Source of the DNA: an uncultured Actinomycetes bacterium
Lineage (GTDB): Bacteria; Actinomycetota; Thermoleophilia; UBA2241
DNA: 64,000 nucleotides
Direction of reading: 5' to 3'
Assembly: GCA_963767005.1 (NCBI GenBank)
Contig: CAVYCN010000004.1
Location: 256,001 to 320,000, forward strand
The notes below the pieces were generated by a model, which was not told where the DNA came from, searched no databases, and was given only the letters and a program-made list of their open reading frames with translations. The position numbers were made by a program, and so were the translations under genes. Each line of letters starts with the position of its first letter. Position 1 is the first letter of the stretch. Below, piece after piece: positions 56,494 to 64,000 of the stretch.

Positions 56494-57528
56494 TCACGCT
56501 GTCGTGCCCGTGCCCCCCGGATCGGGCGCCGCGAGCGCCCCGTACTGCCGCGCGTAGTAGCGCTGCCACTCGCCCGACTTGATCTTCTCCCACCAGGCGC
56601 GGTGCTCGCGATACCAGGCGACCGTGCGGGCCAGGCCGTCCTCGTAGGAGACCTGGGGCGCCCAGCCCAGGGCGCGCAGCTTGGCGCAGTCGACCGAGTA
56701 GCGGCGGTCGTGACCGGCGCGGTCTGAGACCCAGCGGATCATCTCGTCGCCCCGGCCGGTGGCGGCGAGGAGGGCTCGCGTGAGATCGATGTTGGCGACC
56801 TCGCATCCGCCGCCGACGTTGTAGATCTCGCCGTCGGTGCCCTGCCGCAGCACGAGGTCGAGGGCGCGACAGTTGTCTGAGACGTAGATCCAGTCGCGCA
56901 CATTTGCCCCGTCGCCGTAGACGGGCACCGGACGTGAGTCGAGCAGGTTGGTGACAAAGAGCGGTACGATCTTCTCGGGGTACTGGTAGGGACCGTAGTT
57001 GTTCGAGCTGCGCGTGATCAGCACCGGGGAGCCGAAGGTGCGCCGGTAGGCGAGCACCATGAGGTCGGCGGCGGCCTTGCTGGCCGAGTAGGGGCTCGAG
57101 GGTCGCAGCGGGTCGGTCTCGCGCGATGAGCCCGTGGCGATGTCGCCGTAGACCTCGTCGGTCGAGACCTGCAGGTAGCGCGCCGTGCCACAGGCGCGCA
57201 CCGCCTCGAGCAGCACGTGGGTGCCGAGCACGTCGGTGCGGATGAAGTCCTCGGGCCCCGTGATGGAGCGGTCGACGTGCGTCTCGGCCGCGAAGTTGAC
57301 CACGGCGTCGGCCCCGACCAGGACACCGGCCACCGCCCCGGCGTCGCAGATGTCGCCCTGGACGAAGGCGTAGCGGGGGTCGGCCTCGAGGTCGCGCAGG
57401 TTGTCGAGGTTGCCGGCGTAGGTGAGCTTGTCGAAGACGACGACCTCGTCGGCCGGGTGCGCCGCCAGCAGGTGGCGCACGAAGTTCGCGCCGATGAAGC
57501 CGGCTCCGCCGGTGACCACGATCCTCAT
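56494..57528 (-). CDS. rfbB: dTDP-glucose 4,6-dehydratase
   Basis: VTGGAGFIG, DKLTYAGN, AAETHVDRSI, STDEVYG, YSASK. Confidence 0.97.
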   Translation of the reverse strand: MRIVVTGGAGFIGANFVRHLLAAHPADEVVVFDKLTYAGNLDNLRDLEADPRYAFVQGDICDAGAVAGVLVGADAVVNFAAETHVDRSITGPEDFIRTDVLGTHVLLEAVRACGTARYLQVSTDEVYGDIATGSSRETDPLRPSSPYSASKAAADLMVLAYRRTFGSPVLITRSSNNYGPYQYPEKIVPLFVTNLLDSRPVPVYGDGANVRDWIYVSDNCRALDLVLRQGTDGEIYNVGGGCEVANIDLTRALLAATGRGDEMIRWVSDRAGHDRRYSVDCAKLRALGWAPQVSYEDGLARTVAWYREHRAWWEKIKSGEWQRYYARQYGALAAPDPGGTGTTA

Positions 57529-57550
57529 GCGCGACCTCCCTTGCCCCGTC

Positions 57551-58411
57551 TCAGGGTGCCTCGAGCAACTCGTCCATGACGGCCGCGACGCCGTCCTCCC
57601 AGCAGGGCGGCTGCGGCAGGCCGCGCTCGCTGGCGAGCGCGCTGAAGGCCGGCCGCGGCGCCGGCCGGCCGGACTGCGCAGTGGTGATCGGCTCGACCGA
57701 CACCCGCAGCCCGGCGAGGGCGACGATCTCGCGAGCGAGCTCGCACCAGCTGCAGACCCCGCCGCCGGCCATGTGGTAGATGCCGGGCGGCAGGCCGGCG
57801 TCGAGCGCCGCCGCGACGGTGGCGGCGAGGTGGCCCGCGTAGGTCGGCGAGCCGACCTGGTCGTCGACGACGCGCAGCGGCTCGCGTGAGCCGGTCGCCA
57901 CCCGCTCGCGGGCGAGCGCCAGGATCGTCGTCACGAAGTTGCGGCCGATCGCCGAGAACAGCCAGGCGGTGCGTACAACCGTGCCGTGCACCCAGGACAG
58001 GGTCTCGTGCTCCTGGGCGAGCTTGGTGCGGCCGTAGGCGTTCAGTGGGTGGGGCTCGTCGTGCTCGACGTACGGTGCGCCCTTGACGCCGTCGAAGACG
58101 TAGTCGGTCGAGAACGAGACGAGCTGCGTGTGCGTGCCGCGCAGGGCGGCGGCCAGATGGCGCGTCCCCCCCGCGTTCACGGCCAGGGCGGTCGCCTCGT
58201 CGCGCTCGGCGCCGTCGACGTCGGTATAGGCCGCGGTGTGGAGCACGACGTCGGGGGCAAAGGCGCGCACGGCGGCCGCGACCGCCGGCCCGTCGCGCAG
58301 GTCGAGGGCCTCTTCGCGGGCCACGAAGACCTCGCCGTCGAGCACGTCGACGAGCGCGCTCGCGAGCTGCCCGCCGCCGCCCGTCACCAGGTAGCGCCGC
58401 AGGCCGCTCAT
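57551..58411 (-). CDS. rfbD: dTDP-4-dehydrorhamnose reductase
   Basis: AAYTDVD, STDYVFDG, YGRTK, VVDDQVGSPT. Confidence 0.95.
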   Translation of the reverse strand: MSGLRRYLVTGGGGQLASALVDVLDGEVFVAREEALDLRDGPAVAAAVRAFAPDVVLHTAAYTDVDGAERDEATALAVNAGGTRHLAAALRGTHTQLVSFSTDYVFDGVKGAPYVEHDEPHPLNAYGRTKLAQEHETLSWVHGTVVRTAWLFSAIGRNFVTTILALARERVATGSREPLRVVDDQVGSPTYAGHLAATVAAALDAGLPPGIYHMAGGGVCSWCELAREIVALAGLRVSVEPITTAQSGRPAPRPAFSALASERGLPQPPCWEDGVAAVMDELLEAP

Positions 58412-58465
58412 GTGCCGTCGGGCGCCGCCGCCGGGCGAGGCGCCGCGCGCCGCCCGCGGCCGCGC

Positions 58466-58921
58466 CTAGCGCGGCCGGATGTCCCAGTCATAAGGGATGA
58501 GGTCGGTGTCGGCCGGCAGCTCGTCCTGGTCGGGGTCGTCGTAGCGGTACAGCTCGGTGGGCGCGTTCACGATGTAGGCCTCGTCGGGGCTCACGCACTT
58601 CCAGCCGTGCTGGACCTCGGGCGGCACGCGCACGAGCAGCGGGTTGTGCTCGCCGATGAAGAGCTCGTCGATCTCGCCCTTCGTGGCGGAGCCCTCGCGG
58701 CCGTCGTACAGCACGAGCTTGATCATGCCCTTCACACACACGATGTTGTCGTACTGGAGGTGGTGCAGGTGCCAGCCCTTCACCACGCCGGGCAGCGTCG
58801 TCGTCATGTAGAGCTGGCCGAACTTGAGGAACAGGTCGTCGTCGCAGCGCAGGCACTCCATGAGCCGGCCGCGCTCGTCGGGGATCACCCGCAGCTTCTT
58901 GTGCATGACGCCGTCGATCAT
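58466..58921 (-). CDS. rfbC: dTDP-4-dehydrorhamnose 3,5-epimerase family protein
   Basis: DERGRLME, PGVVKGWHLH, VPPEVQHGW. Confidence 0.9.
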   Translation of the reverse strand: MIDGVMHKKLRVIPDERGRLMECLRCDDDLFLKFGQLYMTTTLPGVVKGWHLHHLQYDNIVCVKGMIKLVLYDGREGSATKGEIDELFIGEHNPLLVRVPPEVQHGWKCVSPDEAYIVNAPTELYRYDDPDQDELPADTDLIPYDWDIRPR

Positions 58922-58967
58922 CAGGGCCCCCTCGCGGCCGCTTCTCGCCGGCCGCTTGCGCCGTTGC

Positions 58968-60029
58968 TCAGACCACGCCGATGCGGCTCGAGTCGCCGAC
59001 CATGAAGCGGTAGGCGAGCGGGCGGCCGTCCGAGTGGCAGATGGTCACGTCGTTGCCGATCAGGCTGTCGCACAGCCGCGCCTTTAGGCCGCGGATCTGG
59101 CTGCCTGCCAGGATGATGGAGTGCTCGACCTCGGCGTGGTCGATCGTGACGCCGTGGTAGATCGCCGTGTAGGGGCCGATGAAGGCGTCGGAGAGCATGC
59201 AGCCCGTGCCGATTGTGACCGGGCCGCGCACGGTGCAGCGCAGCAGGTGGCTGCCGGCCTCGATCGCCACCGGCCCCTCGATCAGACAGTCGATCGTCTC
59301 GCCTTGCACGTCGCGCTCGAGGCCGCCCAGGATGAGACGGTTGGCCTCGAGCATGTCCTCGAGCTTGCCGGTGTCCTTCCACCAGCCGGTCACGATCTGG
59401 GGCTCCACGCGCAGGCCGCGGTCGACCATGTGCTGGATCGCGTCGGTGATCTCGAGCTCGCCGCGAGCCGACGGGCGGATGGCCTTGACGCTGGCGAAGA
59501 CCGCCGGCGTGAACAGGTAGACGCCGACCAGGGCGAGGTCGCTCCTGGGCTCGGCCGGCTTTTCGACCAGGCGCACGACCGCCCCGCCCGTGATCTCGGC
59601 CACCCCGTAGGCCTGCGGGTCGGGGACGTGCTGGAGCAGGATCATGGCGTCGGGTGCGTCGGCGTCGAAGCGCTCGACGAACGGCACGATGCCGTCCTTG
59701 AGCAGGTTGTCGCCCAGGTACATGACGAAGGGCTCGCCGGCGAGGTAGTCCTCGGCGATCAGGACGGCGTGGGCGAGGCCGAGCGGAGCCTCCTGGCGCA
59801 GGTAGGTGACCTGCAGGCCGAAGCGGGAGCCGTCGCCGACCGCGGCTTCGACCTCGGCCTGCGTGTCGCCGACGACGATGCCGACCTCGTCGATGCCGGC
59901 CTGGCGCACTGCCTCGAGGCCGTAGAAGAGGATCGGCTTGTTGGCCACCGGTACGAGCTGCTTGGCCGAGGTGTGGGTGATCGGCCGCAGCCGGGTGCCG
60001 GCGCCGCCGCACAAGATGAGCCCCTTCAC
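58968..60029 (-). CDS. rfbA: Glucose-1-phosphate thymidylyltransferase (long form)
   Basis: GGAGTRLRPIT, KQLVPVANKP, RGELEITDAI, WWKDTG. Confidence 0.95.
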   Translation of the reverse strand: MKGLILCGGAGTRLRPITHTSAKQLVPVANKPILFYGLEAVRQAGIDEVGIVVGDTQAEVEAAVGDGSRFGLQVTYLRQEAPLGLAHAVLIAEDYLAGEPFVMYLGDNLLKDGIVPFVERFDADAPDAMILLQHVPDPQAYGVAEITGGAVVRLVEKPAEPRSDLALVGVYLFTPAVFASVKAIRPSARGELEITDAIQHMVDRGLRVEPQIVTGWWKDTGKLEDMLEANRLILGGLERDVQGETIDCLIEGPVAIEAGSHLLRCTVRGPVTIGTGCMLSDAFIGPYTAIYHGVTIDHAEVEHSIILAGSQIRGLKARLCDSLIGNDVTICHSDGRPLAYRFMVGDSSRIGVV

Positions 60030-60056
60030 GACGCGAGCGCGCCGCGGCTGGCGGCG

Positions 60057-60344
60057 CTAGATGGACTCATAGTCGTCGAGCTCGTCGTCGGTCTCGGTCG
60101 AGATGAGATCGAGGACGTCGTGCTCGTCGACCGCCTTGCCCATGAAGACGACGCTCGTCTTGTCGAGCGGACCGACCCAGAGGGTGACGCGGTCGCCCGG
60201 CGTGAACGTGACCGGCCGGCCGTCGCGCAGCACGTTGGTGAGCGTGGAGTGCTCGACGTCGCGCGCGACCTCGGCCGAGTCGATCGGCATGGGATCGGCG
60301 TCGTTCACCTGCAGGCGGGGCTGCCGCTGTGCGTCGATGTTCAC
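60057..60344 (-). CDS. Small acidic hypothetical protein, probably leaderless and first gene of the rfb run
   Basis: TATACT 7 nt before the GTG; coding-like bias. Confidence 0.6.
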   Translation of the reverse strand: MNIDAQRQPRLQVNDADPMPIDSAEVARDVEHSTLTNVLRDGRPVTFTPGDRVTLWVGPLDKTSVVFMGKAVDEHDVLDLISTETDDELDDYESI

Positions 60345-60484
60345 GGCGAGGAGTATATCAGGGCCGTCGATGCACTCCGCCGCCGCCGGCCGCGAGTGGC
60401 TTGAAGTGGCGTCGGCGAGAAGGTTGAATGTGCCGGGGAGGACGCCGCGTCAGGCGCGCGTCTCACGCACAAGGGGGGACGTCG

Positions 60485-62329
60485 ATGCAAACTCCACGGC
60501 GCAGCCGGTCGCGCAGCCGTCTGCTGGGCGCGGCGGTGGTCGCCCTGCTCGCGGTCGGTCTGGTCTGGGGCCTCACCGTGGCTCTCGCCACGAACGCGAG
60601 CCCGTCGCCGGCGGGCAAGGTCGTGCTCCGTCTGGGCATGACCAACATCCCCGACAACGTCAACCCGTTCGTCGGGCAGATGTCGTCGTGCTACGAGATC
60701 TGGTCGCTCAACTACGACCTCATGGTCGGCTTCAGCGTCGGCGACTACGGCCATCCGCAGGGCGCCGGCGCCACCGGCCTGGCCGACCACTGGACGGTGT
60801 CCGACGGCGGTCGGGTGTGGACGTTCCACATCCGCTCCGGCGTCAAATGGCAGGACGGCGTGCCGCTCACCGCGCACGACGTCGCCTTCACCTACAACTA
60901 CGTCATCAAGAATCAGCTCAGCAACTACACGATGTACGTCAACTTCATCAAGAGCGTCGTCGCGCCCAACGACAACACAGTGGTGTTCACCTGCACGAAG
61001 CCCAAGGCGAACATGCTCAACATGTGGGTCTACATCGTGCCCGAGCACATCTGGGGCCAGATCTCCGGCAAGGCCGCCGGGGCGACCTACCCGAACAACC
61101 CGCCCGTGGTGGGCAGCGGCCCCTTCCAGCTCACGCAGTACAAGAAGGACCAGTACGCGGTCATGACGGCCAACAAGAGCTACTGGGGCGGCGCGCCCAA
61201 GATCGACGAGGTCGACTTCGTCTACTACCAGAACGCCGACACGATGGTGCAGGAGATGAAGGCGGGATCGCTGCAAGGCTGCTGGGGCCTGCTCGAGGCG
61301 CAGTTCGGCCAGCTCAAGAACGACCCGACCTACAAGCCGATCGCCTGCATCGACCCCGAGCTCGACGAGCTCGGCTTCAACTGTTACACGGGTCCGTCGC
61401 TCGGCAACCCGGTGCTCAAGGACTGGCACTTCCGCCAGGCCCTGCAGTGGGCGATCGACCACAACAAGCTCGTGCAGATCGCCTACGGCGGCCTCGCCCA
61501 GCCGGCCACGTCCGTGCTCGTCTCGCACCTGTGGACGGACCCCGACTGGCACTGGGAGCCGGCGGCGAGCGAGGCCTACACGTTCGATCTCGCCAAGGCG
61601 AGCCAGATGCTCACCGCGGCGGGCTACCCGCTGAAGAACGGCGTGCGCCTGAACAAGCAGGGCAAGCCGATCGTGCTGCGCCTGTGGACCCGCAGCAACT
61701 CCGAGGCGCAGCAGTCGGCCGGCAAGCTGATGGCCGGCTGGTTCGGGCAGCTCGGCCTCAAGATCAAGCTTTCGGTCATGGACGAGGGCGCGATCGACGA
61801 CGGTCTCTACAACATGGACGGGAACACGTTCAAGCCCAACTACGACATGTTCCTCTGGGGCTGGGGCGGCGATCCCGACCCGAACTTCATCCTCAGCATT
61901 TTCACCTCGTCGCAGATCAACAGCTGGAGCGACTGCGCCTGGTCAGACGCGCAGTACGACAAGCTCTTCCTGCAGCAGCAGACCACGATCGACCCCACGC
62001 AACGGCTGGCGCTCGTGTACAAGATGGAGCAGATCATCTACCAGCAGTCGCCCTACATCCCGACCGTCTACCCCGAGAACGTCGAGGCCTACAACTTCAA
62101 GGACTGGGAGGGCTGGCAGTTCACGCCGGGCAAGGGTGGCGGCGTCTTCTTCACATCGCCCGTCATGGCGAGCTACCTGACGGTGCACCCGGTGCCCGGG
62201 ACCTCCGGCGGCTCGAGCTCGAAGACCTGGCTGATCGGACTGATCGTGGCGATCGTCGTCGTGATCGTCGTGGTCGCCCTCGTCGCGACGCTGCGCGGTC
62301 GCGGCAAGCAGATCGAGGAGACGATGTAG
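60485..62329 (+). CDS. ABC transporter substrate-binding protein (family 5) with C-terminal TM anchor
   Basis: GLADHWTVSDGG..WTFHIRSGVKWQDG.PLTAHDVAFT, VGSGPF; C-terminal hydrophobic helix. Confidence 0.92.
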   Translation: MQTPRRSRSRSRLLGAAVVALLAVGLVWGLTVALATNASPSPAGKVVLRLGMTNIPDNVNPFVGQMSSCYEIWSLNYDLMVGFSVGDYGHPQGAGATGLADHWTVSDGGRVWTFHIRSGVKWQDGVPLTAHDVAFTYNYVIKNQLSNYTMYVNFIKSVVAPNDNTVVFTCTKPKANMLNMWVYIVPEHIWGQISGKAAGATYPNNPPVVGSGPFQLTQYKKDQYAVMTANKSYWGGAPKIDEVDFVYYQNADTMVQEMKAGSLQGCWGLLEAQFGQLKNDPTYKPIACIDPELDELGFNCYTGPSLGNPVLKDWHFRQALQWAIDHNKLVQIAYGGLAQPATSVLVSHLWTDPDWHWEPAASEAYTFDLAKASQMLTAAGYPLKNGVRLNKQGKPIVLRLWTRSNSEAQQSAGKLMAGWFGQLGLKIKLSVMDEGAIDDGLYNMDGNTFKPNYDMFLWGWGGDPDPNFILSIFTSSQINSWSDCAWSDAQYDKLFLQQQTTIDPTQRLALVYKMEQIIYQQSPYIPTVYPENVEAYNFKDWEGWQFTPGKGGGVFFTSPVMASYLTVHPVPGTSGGSSSKTWLIGLIVAIVVVIVVVALVATLRGRGKQIEETM

Positions 62330-62415
62330 CGCCAGGCTGAGGCGGCGAGCGTCGCGCCGAGCGCGCCGCGCCCCGTCGTCTCTGTGGCCGCGGTCGCGCG
62401 GAGTCTGCGAGTCGG

Positions 62416-62922
62416 TCAGGCGGGACGCGCCCAGGCGAGGTACGGCCGCCACGAGTCGTGGATGTGCTCGACCTCGGTGAAGATGAAGCTGAATGGCTCC
62501 GGCGGCCGCGGCTTGCGCGCCAGGGTCAGCCCGTCGGCGGGCAGCAGCCGGTCGCCTTTGCGCAGGTTGCAGGGCGCGCACGAGGTGACGACGTTGTCCC
62601 AGCCGTCGCCCCCGCCCTTGGACCGCGGCACGACGTGGTCGACGGTGAGCCGCTTCTGGGCGCCGCAGTACTGGCAGCGGAACTGGTCGCGGGCGAAGAC
62701 GGCGCGCCGCGAGATGCGCCGGCACGCGGCGCGCGGCACCGACACGTACGAGCGTAGCCTGATGACGTGCGGGACGGTGAACGAGGCGCGTTCGGAACGG
62801 ACCGTGGTGGGGGAGTCCTCGATGACCTCGGCCTTGTCTTTGAGCATCAGCACGAGGGCGCGACGCAACGAGCACACGTTGAGCGGCTCGTATGTGGTGT
62901 TCAGGACCAGCACCTTGAGCAT
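62416..62922 (-). CDS. HNH endonuclease (McrA-like)
   Basis: VLVLNTTYEPL, RDQFRCQYCG, TVDHVVPRSKGG, NVVTSCAPCN. Confidence 0.92.
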   Translation of the reverse strand: MLKVLVLNTTYEPLNVCSLRRALVLMLKDKAEVIEDSPTTVRSERASFTVPHVIRLRSYVSVPRAACRRISRRAVFARDQFRCQYCGAQKRLTVDHVVPRSKGGGDGWDNVVTSCAPCNLRKGDRLLPADGLTLARKPRPPEPFSFIFTEVEHIHDSWRPYLAWARPA

Positions 62923-62996
62923 CGACCCTCATCTTAGCAGCCCGGTCCAGCCTCGGGCGAGCCGTCCCGGGGGCGCGCGAGGGTAGACTACGGGCC

Positions 62997-64000
62997 ATGG
63001 ACAGCCTGTTCGAGCCATCGGACGAGCAGATCACCGCGCAGGCGCCGCTCGCGGCCCGCATGCGGCCGCGGTCGCTGGCCGGCTTCGTGGGGCAGCGCGA
63101 GATCGTCGGGCCCGGCACGATCCTGCGTGCCGCCATCGAGCGTGGCGAGCTCTTCTCGATGATCTTCTGGGGCCCCCCGGGGTCGGGCAAGACGACCCTG
63201 GCGCGGGCGATCGCCGCGGAGACGGGCGCGCGGCTCGAGCAACTGTCGGCCGTGAACGCCGGCACCGCCGACGTGCGCGCCGCGATCAAGGCCGCGCGCG
63301 AGGCGCGCGGCCTTGCCGCGCGGCGCACGGTGCTGTTCATCGACGAGATCCACCGCTTCAACAAGGCCCAGCAGGACGCCCTGCTGCCGGCGATCGAAGA
63401 CGCGCTGGTCTACCTGATCGGTGCGACCACCGAGAACCCCTACTTCGAGGTCAACTCGGCGTTGCTGTCGCGCTGCCAGCTCTACCGCTTCGCGCCGCTC
63501 GGCGGCGACGACGTCGAGGAGCTCGTGTGCCGCGCCCTCGACGACCGCGAGCGCGGCCTGGGCGAGCTCGGGCTGACACTGGCCGACGGCGCCCTGCCGT
63601 TCCTGGTCGAGGTCGCCCACGGCGACGCCCGGGTCGCGCTGAACGCTCTTGAGACGGCCGTGCGGTCGCGCGGCCTGCGGGCCGGAGCGGCCGGCGAGAT
63701 CACGGTCGACGACCTGAAAGACGCCGCCCAGAAGAAGCCGCTCTCCTACGATCGCGACGACGCCCACTACGACACCATCTCGGCCTTCATCAAGTCGATG
63801 CGGGGCAGCGACCCCGACGCCGTCGAGTACTACCTGGCCGCCATGCTGGCGGGCGGCGAGGACCCCAAGTTCATCGCCCGCCGCATCATCATCTTCGCGT
63901 CGGAGGACGTGGGCAACGCCGACCCGCGCGCCCTCGAGGTGGCCGTCGCCGCGGCGCGCGCCGTCGAGTTCGTCGGTCTGCCCGAGTGTCGCCTCAACCT
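62997..64000 (+). CDS. rarA: Replication-associated recombination protein A (3' truncated by the window)
   Basis: APLAARMRP, WGPPGSGKTT, FIDEIHRFNKAQQD, GATTENP, HYDTISAFIKSMRGSD; TAGACT 7 nt before the ATG. Confidence 0.95.
   Translation, partial: MDSLFEPSDEQITAQAPLAARMRPRSLAGFVGQREIVGPGTILRAAIERGELFSMIFWGPPGSGKTTLARAIAAETGARLEQLSAVNAGTADVRAAIKAAREARGLAARRTVLFIDEIHRFNKAQQDALLPAIEDALVYLIGATTENPYFEVNSALLSRCQLYRFAPLGGDDVEELVCRALDDRERGLGELGLTLADGALPFLVEVAHGDARVALNALETAVRSRGLRAGAAGEITVDDLKDAAQKKPLSYDRDDAHYDTISAFIKSMRGSDPDAVEYYLAAMLAGGEDPKFIARRIIIFASEDVGNADPRALEVAVAAARAVEFVGLPECRLN

Noticed and set aside
62416-62922. HNH nuclease as a mobile or defence element
   Set aside because: Matches the widespread stand-alone chromosomal HNH type; no mobile context.
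54-63767. Many long alternative-frame or antisense ORFs (e.g. 7709-10654 +, 18616-20850 +, 34662-37091 +, 52872-55004 +)
   Set aside because: Arg/Ala/Pro-rich shadow ORFs typical of very high GC; they overlap well-supported genes and show no family motifs.
1-64000. CRISPR array, tRNA/rRNA, pylT/pylSBCD, integrase or transposase
   Set aside because: None was recognisable by eye in this window; a covariance-model scan would be needed to exclude small RNAs.

Overview
A very GC-rich (roughly 70%, judged by eye) bacterial chromosome segment. The gene content (CGNR/ABATE regulator, KGGW-type serine hydrolase, leaderless genes, rubrerythrins, TMA methyltransferase) suggests an anaerobic or microaerophilic actinobacterium, possibly Thermoleophilia-like; this is an inference. 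In order, the window holds: an mttB that continues through an in-frame amber codon (pyrrolysine position); a CGNR regulator with a triple operator facing small ORFs; sbcDC; a redox, iron and stress block (VIT1, Grx-TrxR fusion, two rubrerythrins, a Cys-less peroxiredoxin-fold protein); two decayed toxin-antitoxin loci; a hypothetical cluster at 24.9-29 kb; a Zn/Cd ATPase with ArsR and an NRAMP; a ~18 kb phosphate island (phoBR, two pstS, pstCAB, phoU, phosphoesterases, cell-wall hydrolases) where nearly every promoter carries 11-nt-periodic GCTCAC-like repeats; SpoIID and NlpC/P60; rfbACDB; an ABC substrate-binding protein; an HNH nuclease; and rarA (runs off the end). I saw no tRNA, rRNA, CRISPR array, integrase or transposase. 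All protein calls come from motif recognition by eye, not database searches.
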